Assembly: GCF_009914755.1 (NCBI RefSeq)
Contig: NC_060927.1
Length of the DNA stretch: 64,000 nucleotides
Source: the human T2T-CHM13v2.0 reference genome, Homo sapiens
Strand: one strand, 5' to 3'
A program made the translations under genes and the position numbers. This document shows, in pieces, positions 46,101 to 64,000 of the stretch; within the stretch, counting starts at the first letter, position 1; each line of letters starts with the position of its first letter. Below the pieces are notes generated by a model. The model ran no database searches. It was not told where the DNA came from and worked only from the letters and a program-made list of their open reading frames with translations.

Positions 46101-46729
46101 AAGGGATCACATATCCAAAAAGCAGGTCCCCAGGGAAAATAAAACCCCACTGCTTATGGGAGGAGAGTCATAGACTGAGGGGGAATGAAGCTCATTCTTT
46201 ATCAACCAGGCCATCATGCTAGTTTTCAAAGGGAATTTGCAAAGCAAATCTTTTGTCCTACAAAAAGATTCATTTCATTCAGCAAAGAAAAAAGACCCTA
46301 GAGGGAGTACTGCTGAATCCCAAGCCTCTTCCACAGTCTGTTACCTTGAAGCATAGATGCTGTTCTAGAAGAAACCCCTGGGTAGTTCCTTTTAGCTATG
46401 TAGAATGTAAGTCAAGTAAACATCTAATGTGCTAGAAAAAGGTGTAACTAACCAATTTATTTAGCCAAGAAAAGGCTATCCCCCACCATTCTCAACTCAT
46501 TCCCATTCAAGAACCTATCTGAACTCTATTCCCCTATTACAGAGTGTAGGGGGCAGGAGTGGTTATCAGATTAATACACTGTACGATAAATTAAATGACC
46601 TCATACTTCTCCTATTATAAAAAGCACTGGTGGCACAATCAATAGCACCTTCTAAAAAGAGCTGTAAGGCCAGGCGTGGTGGTCACACCTGTAATCCCAG
46701 CACTTTGGGAGGCTGAGGTTAGTAGATCA

Positions 46730-47113
<384 letters not shown>

Positions 47114-47529
47114 TCATTCCTAGCATGCCAGGCTTGGCCTCAGTGTACAAATCATTGAATTAGAGAGCTAAGTACATTGAAGTCTCTCCCATGTGGCATC
47201 CCAATCACCATTATTGACACTGCGAGTGTCATCATTTTGTCCCCCTTTCTTTCTCATCATGGTCATAGTTTACTGCTATTACTGCACTAAATCCCATTCT
47301 CAATGTCTTTTTACTAGCAATTCTCTGTACTTGCCAAATCACTAAATATCAAGATAAATAGGCTCTGGAGGTCATATCTGCCTTCCTACTTCCATTTTAT
47401 TGTTGGCAGATTATTTTCTGCCCCTATCTTGAGTTTCCTTCCCAACCCTTGTTCCTACGCTCAAAGCTTCCCGTTCCTCATGAGCAGTTTCTCATACCAC
47501 AAACCCCTAAATCCTCACTGCCTCTATAA

Positions 47530-47733
<204 letters not shown>

Positions 47734-48169
47734 TAATTTCTGGTTCTCCCAACTGAGATGCCGAGTTTCAGCTCTCACAGCTAGTCACCTCAATTACATT
47801 CAGGAAGCCTCCTCCAGTTAGGCCAGGCTAATACAGCCTGTTCCCAATTGCATCTTTGTACTTCCAAAGAGTTCCCTATTCATAGAATCATTACATTTTA
47901 GAACCAAAAGAAAACTCAGAAATCATCCGGTCCAATGTTTTTCAAACTTTTAAAGTACATTTTGCTTCTTACACTTTGAGATGTACAAAATCTATTTTAC
48001 ATCATAATCTCATACACACATAACTCAAACAAATCACATGAAACAATACTTACCCTTACTATGTAAACACACTGAAAGTTTCTATTCTATTCCACTTTTT
48101 AAAAGAAAAGTACAGGTTCAGGCCAGGCGCGGTGGCTCACACTGTAATCCCAGCATTTTGGGAGGCCTA

Positions 48170-48448
<279 letters not shown>

Positions 48449-48619
48449 TCACAGCTCAATACTAGGAAGAAACCCATAGTGTGGGAGGCATTAAACTAGT
48501 CCAAACTTCCCATTCACTGATGAAGAAACTGTAACTCAGTGGTGAAGTTTGTCCGTAAAAATTAAACTCAGGCCTGTTAAGTTCCAGACCAGTGTTCTTT
48601 CCACTAAAGACCTTCTCTG

Positions 48620-49760
48620 CCCAGTCACGGCCAATCACACCCCGTGCCCAAACACAACCCTACAGCGCCATCGCCCATCACGGATGCCACCCTCTTCTCC
48701 AAGTCAGCCCCTCGAAGTCACTGCTCTGGGTCGGAGTCCCCTCGCGGCCGCTGCTCGTGTTCCCTTAGGTCCGGATCCCCCACAGTCACTACCAATCGAT
48801 CAGAGTCTCCTTGGAGTCCTTGCCCCTTGATCATAGTCCCTTGCAGTCACTGCCTCATACTTCCTCGGTCCAAGTGCCGTCGCAGCCCCGGCCTCGCGCT
48901 CTCCGAGGTCACCGTGTTTCGCATTCACTGCTCCTGGGTCACAGTCCCCTCGCTGTCACTGGCCCTCGGTCACAGTAGCCTCGCAGCCCCTGGCTCCCAC
49001 TGCCCTCGCTGTCACTTACCACTCTTCCTCAGTCACAGTCACCTCGCGGTCCCAGCCCCACAGTTTGTCCTCTCAAACAGAGACGCAAAGATAGGCACAC
49101 ACCTGCAACTCACGCTCCCCCGAGCCCGGTCCGGTCGGATTTCTGGCCGGCGCCGCGTCACTGACTAGGGAAGTTGAGGAGGTTGCGGGGAGACGCCCGG
49201 GGAAGGCAGCTGATGGAAGAGCCAGCCGGAAGTTCCGCCTACTTCCCCTACCTCTGTCAATCCGACCACGACTTCTCCTTGAAAACCACGACTCCTGACA
49301 CAGTAGTTCCGCCTCCTCAGAGGCCCCCGGGATGAAGTGACCCAGCAGAAATACCAGAGACCGGAGACGGAATGGCCCAGGGTCAGCCTCCACCCGGAAC
49401 CGGAGGATGCAGCGAAGACGTCTCCTTGAAGTGGGATACGGATGTGAACCGGCCCAAGTGCTCGCCGGTCCGTCAAGACGCGCTGCCCGGCTGCTCCCGT
49501 GTCCAACTCGGGCTGTGTCCGCCCAGGCGGGCCTGTGCGCGGAGGTCCTACCGCTGCACCTCCGCGCCTACCGCAGCCCGCACCCCCGCACCCGGGCAGC
49601 CAACGTGCAGGAGGCCCGGGCGCCTTCAGCGGAGACGCCCCGACCGCGGCTGCCTCGCCGCAGCGTTAGCTTTTACCTACGTGGGGAAGTAAGGGGAATT
49701 TGCGACCGCCAGCCCAGTCCGCTGAAAACCTGTGGCTGACCCACCCTCTTCCTTTTTCTG
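48620..49760. promoter_or_regulatory. PCYT1A: CpG-island promoter of PCYT1A with ETS/GABP (CCGGAAGT 49226-49233) and GC-box-like sites
   Basis: CpG-dense unique sequence surrounding exon 1; no obvious TATA box. Confidence 0.85.
49103..49240 (-). other. PCYT1A: PCYT1A non-coding first exon (5' end approximate)
   Basis: GC-rich, no ATG, ends CAG|GTGTGT. The join ...GTGAGTTGCAG-TTAAAAGAAGATG agrees with my recollection of the mRNA 5' UTR. The TSS cannot be fixed from sequence. Confidence 0.7.
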
Positions 49761-50011
49761 ACCCACGTTGGCTCCAAAAAAAAAAATCCCTAGGGATCCA
49801 CTGGGAGCCAGTTGAGCAGGAGTGGATTAAGACACGTGTCGCAGGGTGTATGGTGGAAAGAAACGTTTTCCTTTGCTAGAATGAACCTTGGGAAGGATCC
49901 CTTTTGATTCCGTAGATGTAAGAGGCTACACAATATTATGGAAGAAGGATGTAAAAAAAATGTATTATTATTTTTTAGTTACCAACTGGACTGAAGTAAA
50001 AGACCTTTTAA

Positions 50012-50221
<210 letters not shown>

Positions 50222-50378
50222 TGATGGTCAGGCTGGTCTCGAACTCGTGACCTCAAGTGATCTGCCCGCCTCAGCCTCCCGAAGTGTTGGGATCACAGGC
50301 CACCGCGCCCAGTCAACTTTTTGTTGCTATTGTTGTTGCTTTGCTTTTTTTATTTTATTTTGCTTTTTTTGTCTACAT

Positions 50379-50589
50379 CAAGGGTATCCAATCTTTTGGC
50401 TTCCCTGGGGCACATTGGTAGAAGAGGAATTGTCTTGGGCCACACATAAAGTACACTAACAGTAACAATAGCTGATGACTTAAAAAAAAAATCGCAAAAA
50501 AAAAAAAAAACCTCATGTGTTTTAGAAGTTTACAAATGTGTGTTGGGCCGCATGCAAAGCTGTTCTGGGCCGCGGCTTGGACAAGCTTG
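50379..50589. mobile_element. MER30-like hAT element with intact 8-bp TSD
   Basis: Termini CAAGGGTATCCAA...TTGGACAAGCTTG; TSD GTCTACAT at 50371-50378 and 50590-50597. Confidence 0.85.
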
Positions 50590-50971
50590 GTCTACATGCT
50601 TAACTTGAAAGTGGCTGAGAAGAAAGAGGATGGGTATAACTGCATCTGCTGAGGAGTTTCCAGGGGGAAAAAGGATTTAAACCTGAATTTCAAATATGTC
50701 TTTGAACATGGCGGTTAGACTAAGGTACCCCAAATAAGGACAGTTAGCTGGAGAAGACACCGGGGCCTCTAAGGGGAACATCACTACAAAAATAGAGTTG
50801 AGATAGTAACCAACATCAGAATCTCAGTCTTAAGGGAGGATGAATTTCATAAGACCCTGACACTGTGGACAAAGAAAATGGATGGGTGTTTAGGCTAATA
50901 AGCTATGTAAGACATAGGATGGCAAGAGCTGAGCAAAAACACTGTGTGAGAAAGATGAAGGCAACAATTCA

Positions 50972-51145
<174 letters not shown>

Positions 51146-51148
51146 TCA

Positions 51149-51388
<240 letters not shown>

Positions 51389-52325
51389 TTACTGGCCAGG
51401 TGTGGTGGCTCACACCTGTAATTCCAGCACTTTGGGAGGCCAAGGCAGGCAGATCACTTGAAGCCACAAGTTTGAGACCAGCCTGGCCAATGTGGCAAAA
51501 CCCCATCTGTACAAAAAAAAATACAAAAATTAGGTGGGCATGGTGGTGCCTGCTTGTAATCCCAGCTACTCGGGAGGCAGGAGAATCTCTTGAACCCAGA
51601 AGGCAGAGGTTAGTGAGCCGAGATCGTACCACTGCACTCCAGCCTGGGCAACAGAGCAACACTCTGTCTCAATAAATAAAAAAATAAAAATAAACATTTT
51701 TTAAAAATAGCCATGTGTGTTGGCATGCCTGTAGTCCCAGCTACTCAGGAGGCTGAGGTGGCAGGATCACTTGAGCCTAAGAGTTCAAGGCTGCAGCAAG
51801 TTACAGTCCCGCTACTGTGCCCCAGCCTGGGCAACAGAACAAGGCCCATTCTCTGAAAATAAAAATAAATAAATTCAAAAGTTATTTTAAAGATGTAGGA
51901 AAAAGCTTTATGCACAAATAAAGCCATGTCTTTATTTTTTATAATAGTGAAAAATCAGAAATAAGCAGACCCTCAATAAGGAACTGGCAAAAATAACAAT
52001 ATGGTATAACCTATTGAAATAAATGCCGCTATTAAGTCATGCATCTTAAAATCATAATGCAAATAAAATGACATAAAAACTGTTCATAACATCATGAGAA
52101 ATGAAAAATGAGGGTACAAAATTATATGTTTTTTAAACCTTGGAAATAAAAAACATTGGTAGAAAATATACCAAAATTTTTACCATTGGTTATGTTTGAA
52201 CAATTGAAATGGCTTTTCCCCTACTTTTTTCTCTGTGTTCCAGTATAACAAGAATATAGTAGGGCCGGGCGCAGTAGTTCACACCTGTAATCCCAACACT
52301 TTGGGAGGCTGAAATGGATGGATCA

Positions 52326-52676
<351 letters not shown>

Positions 52677-52730
52677 TTAAAAATATAAGGCCTAAAACAC
52701 AACAGATTCAGTTGTCAAACTACTAACATC

Positions 52731-52736
52731 TTTATT
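52731..52736 (-). terminator. DYNLT2B: AATAAA polyadenylation signal of DYNLT2B
   Basis: tttatt on the + strand, about 80 nt after the stop codon. Confidence 0.75.
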
Positions 52737-52814
52737 TTGTCAAGATATTTAACAATATTAAAAAGTTCAGATTTCTTCATGGTCATGTCTTTTACCAGCT
52801 TTTCAAAGATTCAT

Positions 52815-52862
52815 TCAGTAGTAGAAACAGCCAAATGCTGCTACAACGCAGAATAAACTGTC
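52815..52862 (-). CDS. DYNLT2B: DYNLT2B/TCTEX1D2 last coding exon (DSLFCVVAAFGCFYY*)
   Basis: 48 nt; AG at 52864-52863; TGA at 52817-52815; Tctex-1 family C-terminus. Confidence 0.9.
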   Translation of the reverse strand, partial: DSLFCVVAAFGCFYY

Positions 52863-52921
52863 CTAAAAAATAAATACAACACACACACACATCCAGAATG
52901 TTAGTACTAAAGAGGGAATGA

Positions 52922-53098
<177 letters not shown>

Positions 53099-54200
53099 TA
53101 GGACCACAGGTGCCTGCCACCATACCAGGCTAATTTTGTTTATTTTTTGTAAAGATGAGGTCTCACTATGTTGCCCAGGCTGTTCTTGAACTCCTGGGAT
53201 AAAGCAATCCACCCATGTTGGTCTCCAAAAGTGCTGGGATCATAGGCGTGAGCCACCTCACCCAGCCACCAATTTTCAATCAGGAAGACTTTTTCCTTCT
53301 TCAAGAAGTGAAGGGTTTCCAGAGTATAGCTACATTATTGCTTGCCTGAGGGTGACTACAAAATTGCTTGCTAAAAGGTTAGGATGGGTAAAGAATTAGA
53401 TTTTCTGAATGCAAAAATAAAATGTGAACTAATGAACTTTAGGTAATACATATTCATAAAATAATTATTCACATATTTCCTGATTTATCACAGAAATAAT
53501 GTATGAAATGCTTTGAGTTTCTTGGAGTAAACTCCATTACTCATCCCAAGAAACCATATTATAAGTATCACTGATAATAAGAACAACAGGACCTTGTCAT
53601 AAATTCTGGATAAGAGAAATAGTCTCTGGGTGTTTGTTCTTAATTGATAAAATTTACTTGTCCATCTTTTAGTTCAGAATCACAAAATGCTTTCCAGAGC
53701 CCAGTCAAATTGCTTAAAACATTTTTAGGCATTTATTACAAGATTTCCACCTGCCTCAGCAACTCCTGCACCACTAACCTCACCTCCAGCCTGGTAATGA
53801 TGGGATTAAAACAATTCCAACTCAAGTATCTGATGATTAACCAAAAGCAAAATTCTTTGGTTTAGCCCAGCTCCCTGGCTCCTTGGGTGGATAACTCTGA
53901 ACTGTGTTCTACGACAGTGCTGTGATAAAGGACCTGCTTTGTTTTTAACTTCCGGTCCTTCATGGAAGGATGCTTTTGTAAAATGCAGTAAAAATAGGTA
54001 ACTCAGAACATGAAATGAAAAAAAGGAACATACAAATACAGCCCCAATTTTTTTCTTAGATTCACTGCACAGAAGATTACTTTGTCAAATTGCTGTAAGA
54101 GTTTCTAAACCAACCCTTATACTCAGTGTATTGTTTACCTCATCATGGACCTGTAACAAACAGGTCACAGAGCCGTGCTGGTCTGTGCACCCCACTGTGA

Positions 54201-54741
<541 letters not shown>

Positions 54742-54788
54742 TAGCCCCTCAGGTGCAGAAGCTGACACATAATAGGAGCTCAGAACTA

Positions 54789-55416
<628 letters not shown>

Positions 55417-56610
55417 TGAGCCACCGTGCCTGGCAAAAAAAACCATCTTCTTAGCTTGACTATTCCCCCAAAGATAGCTGATAAATTAAGATTTACATAG
55501 TACTTCCCACTGTCCAGCCCCTGATCCCTAGGGTAGTTAAGCATAAAATAAAACTTTGGTGGGGCTGGGCGCAGTGGCTCACGCCTATAATCCCAGAACT
55601 CTGGGAGGCCGAGGCGGGCCGATCACCTGAGGTCGGGAGCTCCAGACCAACCTAACCGACATGGAGAAACCCTGTCTCTACTAAAATTACAAAATTAGCC
55701 AGGTGTGGTGGTGCATGCCTGTAATCCCAGCTACTCGGAAGGCTGAGGCAGGACACTTCAACCCGGGAGGTGGAGGTTGTGGTGAGCTGAGATTGTGCCA
55801 TTGCACTCCATCCTGGGCAACAAGAGCAAAATTCTGTCTCAAAAAATAATAAAAATAAAAATAAAACCTTGGTGAGACCATAGAATTTTAGAGCTAAAAG
55901 CTACCTTAAAATCATCTACATAAGCAGTGTCCATATCTGGCAGTCAGCAGAATCATGGGGAACTTTTTAAATATTCTGATTCACTGATCTAACCCCTGGC
56001 CTATTTGATCAGAATCTATTTGAATAGGGACCCAGCGTCTATATTTTAAACAACTTCCCAGATGATCCCTAGGCAGTCACAGCCAGTCTTTGGGAAAATG
56101 TACTTCAGCTTCCTAATGTCACTGATACAATGTGAGAAAAATCCAATGACTTACCTGAAGTCATTCAATTAGAAAGTGACAGAACTGGAGATGGAATCCC
56201 CCTCTTATTTCTTTTTACTTTTTTCTTTTTTCTTTTTTTAATTTTTGAGACAGAGTCTTGCTCTGCTGCCCAGGCTGGAATGCAGTGGTGCGATCTCAGC
56301 TCACTGGAACCTCCGCCACCAGGTTCAAGCAATTCTCCTGCCTCAGCCTCCCAAGTAGCTGGGATTACAGGCGTGCACCACCACACCCGGCTAATTTTTT
56401 GTGTGTGTGTTTTTAGCAGAGAAGAGGTCTCACAATGTTGGCCAGGCTGCTCTCAAACTCTTGACCTCAAGTGATCCACATGCCTCGGCCTCCCAAAGTG
56501 CTGAGATTACAAGCGTGAGCCACCCCACCTGGCCTCACTCTCTTAATTTACTCAATCTAGTTTCTGTTCTACTCTAACTCTGACTCTATGTATTCACAAC
56601 CTGGGAGTAG

Positions 56611-57008
<398 letters not shown>

Positions 57009-57498
57009 TTAAGATAAAGTAATAAATTTTACTACTAAAAAAAAATGACCTTTGCTCATGGAATCCCTGCCATCCACATTTGTTTGCAACTTAGCAAAGT
57101 GTGATTGGTTCAAATGAACAAATAAGTGATTTTAAAATTTTAGTTATAAATTATTACTTTAATAAGGATTATCAGGATTGAGTTTTAGAACACTGATTTA
57201 TGGAGGAAGTGGCTAAAAATAATGTTTAAATAATATGCTAACTAAATAATATGCTATTCAGAAATTCAAACCCATGAAAAATTATGTCATATGTAAACAT
57301 GTAAGTTTCCTTGCCTATAAGCAGCACTCTAGGTTTCTGCTTTAGTAACACAAAAACTAACAGTAAAATCACTTCATTCACAAGTCAAAGATGAATGACT
57401 AAGACAGCAGTGTCTTTCCATCCCAATCAACAGTAAATAGTTTGATTTGCGGTGCCCACGTTCTTAGAAAGGGAAAAGAGGTTTCCAAATACACTTAC

Positions 57499-57562
57499 AT
57501 TCATGAAAACATCATGAGTATAGTTGTCAGTGTCAGCATCCCAGAAACAGCGAGAAGCCATG
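57499..57562 (-). CDS. DYNLT2B: DYNLT2B/TCTEX1D2 penultimate exon (MASRCFWDADTDNYTHDVFMN)
   Basis: 64 nt; AG at 57564-57563, GTAAGT at 57498-57493; CFWDxxTD Tctex-1 motif; ends phase 0 and joins the last exon in frame. Upstream exons are outside the window. Confidence 0.9.
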
Positions 57563-58575
57563 CTAAAAAATCCAAGAATGAAGAATTATCAACAATCTAA
57601 CAAGGACCTAAACGACACATATCTGCCATGAGAAACAGTGTTCCTTAATACATTCTCATAGATCTGTACTTCCAAACCTTTCACAGGTAGGTACCCACAG
57701 AGTATTGTATTTGTACCAGAGAGTATACTGGGTAAACCGGAGAAACTAGAGTCAGATGAAGCTGCTTGCAACTAGAGGTGACCAGCCAGGTACTCTGACA
57801 GCCTCAGACCCTACCTGATGGCTACAGGGATCAATACTAGAGATTTGTGTGTGACTTTTAATGAGCTCAGCTCCTGCACAATAACAGGACGAGGAAGGCA
57901 CAGAAAGAGCCCAACAGATTTAGTCCAACCTGATCATTTTATAGAGTCCCAGAAAAAGGAGCAAACTCTGAACTAGAATTCAGTCTTCTAACGAATTATA
58001 ACTCCAGAAATATCTCTACAGAATGCTAAACTACCTTGAAATTGGCTATTCTCCTCTCTGCAATTCTTGGATAAGAAAAAAATATTAGTCAAAATAAAAG
58101 CCAATTAAAAATGGAAACAACTTAAATGCCCAATAGGACTGGATTGGTAAATGAAATTATGGTATTTCTCAGGATCTGGGAGAATTTTTTAAAAAAAGAA
58201 AAAAGAAATAATGATGTTTTCTGGCAATGAAATTCTATGTAGACCTTAAAGAAAAGTTTTGCAAGACACAGTGACGTGTCCCTGTAGTCCCAGCAACTCA
58301 GGAGGCTGAGACAGGGAGTATCATTTGAGCCCAGGAGTTCAGGGCTGTAGTATGTGAAGATCACACCTGTGAACAGCCACTGCACTTCAGCCTGGGAGAC
58401 ACAGCAGGACCCTGGCTCTTAAAAAAAAAACAATTCTGCACTTTGGGAGGCCAAGGCGGGCAGATCACGAGGTCGGGGGATCGAGACCATCCTGGCTAAC
58501 ACGGTGAAACCCCATCTCTACTAAAAATACAAAAAATTAGCCAGGCGTGGCGGCAGGCACCAGTAGTCCCAGCTA

Positions 58576-59022
<447 letters not shown>

Positions 59023-59348
59023 CTAATAATAAATAATAATAATAAGTGAAAAAAAAATTACAAATGTTTTACATTTCTATTAAACGTATGTGTATGATTT
59101 ATCATGCAAACACTTATTGAGCACTTACTTTGTGCCATTCACTAGTCTAAGTGTTTTACGTGTATTAACTCACTGAATCCTATGAGGTACTATAATTTTA
59201 CCCATTTAGTGAATGTGACAAATGAGGATTAGAGAAATTAAGTGTACAAGGTCATACAACTAGGTAACAAAGCTTGGCTTTGCACCCAGGCAGTTCACAA
59301 CCCATACCCACAGAGAAACATACACATATACCTTATATTACATTGGTT

Positions 59349-59746
59349 CTTTTTTTTCCTGAAACAAAAGGTCTCACATATTTATTACTGAACCCAGCCT
59401 ACTATCGCAGGGCATATAAGCAAAGAGAAAAAATATATTCCCAATAAAACACGTCCAACTGTTCAGACAGTGGTGACGTTTTCAGCTTGCTATAGTAAGA
59501 TGGCCGTGACCTTGATACAGCGTGAATATGTGTGCCAGCTCACGTGCAGTTCCTTATAGACCCAGCTTGGCTGTTCTGCAATGTCTCCTTTCCAGTTGTG
59601 CCTGATTTTATTACCAGTTTTCAACCAGATCCACTGGAGAATGGGACGATTTGGCTTTTGTTTCTTGGCCAGGAATCGCTTACTCTTAAAAGACTTGTGA
59701 GAAGACATGACAAGAAGCAGAATCAAGCACACACCACAGGAGAGAG
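59349..59746 (-). pseudogene. Processed RPL39 pseudogene
   Basis: [38 protein letters not shown] resembles RPL39; intronless; ATG at 59708 to ancestral TAA at 59556-59554 spans 155 nt (1-nt deletion); AATAAA at 59386-59381 and a short A tail. Confidence 0.9.
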
Positions 59747-60369
59747 TTGTTTGTTTTTTGAGACAAAAATATAAAATAGTGAGACCCCAATTGTTTTATT
59801 TATTTATATTTTATTTTTATTTTTTGAGAGGGAGTCTCACTCTGTCAACCAGGCTAGAGTGCAGTGGCACAATCTCAGCTCACTACAACCTCCACCTCCC
59901 GGGTTCAATGATTCTCCTGCCTCAGCCTTCCGAGTAGCTGGGACTACACACGTGCATTACCACGCCTGGCTAATTTTTATATTTTTTGTAGAGACAGGGT
60001 TTCACCATGTGGGCCAGGCTGGTCTCAAACTCCTGAGCTCAAGCAATCGGCCCACCTCAGCCTCCCAAAGTGCTGGGATTACAGGTGTGACTTGGAAAAA
60101 GTGTAATGGTACAGTTTGTAGCAGGCTAATAATGCTCCCACCAAGAACAGTAAGAAAAGCTGGATAAAATGAATCAGGGAGCTGCCAAAGCAAACAGGCC
60201 TAGAGGAGCCAAAATTCCAGAAAGAGGTGAACTCTAGGAGGTAAGCTGATATTCCGCAGCAGATTTTTTTCCTGGAGGATTTGCCAATTCAGGGCACAGG
60301 GCTAGATGCTGAGAATCTGGGCCTTGCTCAGGTAAAGAACAAATTACTGAGGGAAAATTTAACTAGTAG

Positions 60370-60814
<445 letters not shown>

Positions 60815-61236
60815 TGATCCACCGGCCTCGGCCTCCCAAAGTGCTGGGATTACAGGCATGAGCCACTGTGCTTGGCCCTAATTTTTTGTATTTTTGGTAG
60901 AGACGGGGTTTCACCATATTGCCCAGGTTGGTCTCCAACTCCTGAGCTCAGGCAATCTGCCCGCCTTGGCCTTCGAAAGTGGTAGGATTACAGGAGTGAG
61001 CCACTGTGCCCAGCAGAGTCGGCAGTCTTAACAAAGCTAAGGAGGTAAAATCAGATTCTGGAGGGAAGATCCCATAAAAAAGGAGAAAGTAGAACTGAGC
61101 GTATCACATGGTAGGTTTTCTTTTCAAGACATGCTGAATTCAGGCCGGGCACAGTGGCTCGCGCCTGTAATCCCAGCACTTTGGGAGGCTGAGGCAGGCG
61201 GATCACGAGGTCAGGAGATCGAGACCATCCTGGCTA

Positions 61237-61785
<549 letters not shown>

Positions 61786-61882
61786 AAGGAAAAAGCCTCT
61801 GACATGAAGAGCAAAGTTTTATGCTGAGGAGACAAGATCTGAAAGTCAGCACCTGTTGGAGGTAGAGGCCTGCAGAGGCCTA

Positions 61883-62098
<216 letters not shown>

Positions 62099-62115
62099 CT
62101 AATCCCGGTTACTCA

Positions 62116-62277
<162 letters not shown>

Positions 62278-62386
62278 TCACACCTATAATCCTAGCACTT
62301 GGGCACTTGGGGAGGCCAAGGCAGGAGAATCACTTGAGCCAAGGACTTCAAGACCAGCCTGGGCAACATGGTGAAACCCCATCTCA

Positions 62387-62551
<165 letters not shown>

Positions 62552-62920
62552 TCAAAAAAGAAAAAAAAAAGGGATGAATTTAAGATAGGGCCTTTTTAAA
62601 ACCACAACTCTCAGATGAGTTGGCACAAGAAAAGAAAATTTTTTAAAAAGATAAAACTGTAACCCAACCTCAATTCAGCTCAGTACCTGAAGCTAAGCGG
62701 CCAATACTCTTCCTGCACAGCAGAAGAGAGAGTTAAGTCCTTTCTGGAAGAAAATAATATCATCTGGAGGTCTATAATTCTTTTAAGCAATATCTAAGAT
62801 TCAAACTAGGCATGCCAAGAGACAAAGCCATATACATGATTATCAAGAAAAATACAATGGAAACAAACTCACACATGACCCAGATACCAGAGTAAGCATA
62901 TAACAACATAAAAATAACTA

Positions 62921-63266
<346 letters not shown>

Positions 63267-63377
63267 TTAAAAAAGATTGAAGGATAAAGCCTTTTACTAG
63301 ATAACTGAAATCTATAAAAACTAAATGTAAATTCCCAAACTGAAAGATACAATAACTGAAATTAAGAACTCAGGTTA

Positions 63378-63707
<330 letters not shown>

Positions 63708-64000
63708 CTAAATCCTAAAAAGAGAGCGGAGTGGAAGGGGCAGCAGCAGTGTTTTAAAAGAGAACGGCCACCTCTAGGGCCCCAAGCTTAGTTTCTAATG
63801 CCATTCTCCAACACATTGAACAGGGGCTCCTTGGAGAAATGGCTGAATTGTAGGGCTGGGGTAGGGAATGAACACAGTGGAGCTTCTGATAGTGCTGGAA
63901 AGTAAGGAAGTGCTCAAAGAAACCCACAATAGTAGAGTCAGTGGGACACAGGAATCCACTGAAAGCTCTCAATGGCCAAGCTGGAACAATTAGAACTACA

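Noticed and set aside
48549-49739. ORFs of 93-174 aa on both strands
   Set aside because: Stop-poor CpG island; no recognisable domains.
53270-53690. AT-rich unique stretch resembling a + strand 3' UTR with AATAAA
   Set aside because: No upstream exon or ORF support; AATAAA is expected by chance in AT-rich DNA.

Overview
Human (hominid) genomic DNA, very Alu-rich. The minus strand carries the complete coding region of PCYT1A (CTP:phosphocholine cytidylyltransferase alpha). Eight coding exons (32020-31904, 19376-19277, 9811-9695, 9006-8855, 4116-4038, 3566-3424, 1211-1023, 370-164), all with GT-AG junctions, splice to 1104 nt = 367 aa + stop. A non-coding first exon lies in a CpG island near 49.1-49.2 kb. 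Directly upstream, in tandem, are the last two exons of DYNLT2B/TCTEX1D2, with a processed RPL39 pseudogene in an intron; from recall this arrangement is human 3q29. The introns contain a full-length SVA, a MER52-type solo LTR with TSD, DNA-transposon fossils, L1/MLT fragments, dozens of Alus and several minisatellites. I found no supportable novel biological system. The most unusual signals are a ~1.6 kb 27/21-bp VNTR that is stop-free in frames on both strands, a 4 x 195-bp tandem array built from a FAM/Alu junction, and several local copy/template-switch scars. Repeat subfamily names and the protein comparisons come from recalled sequences, not a search; repeat boundaries are approximate.
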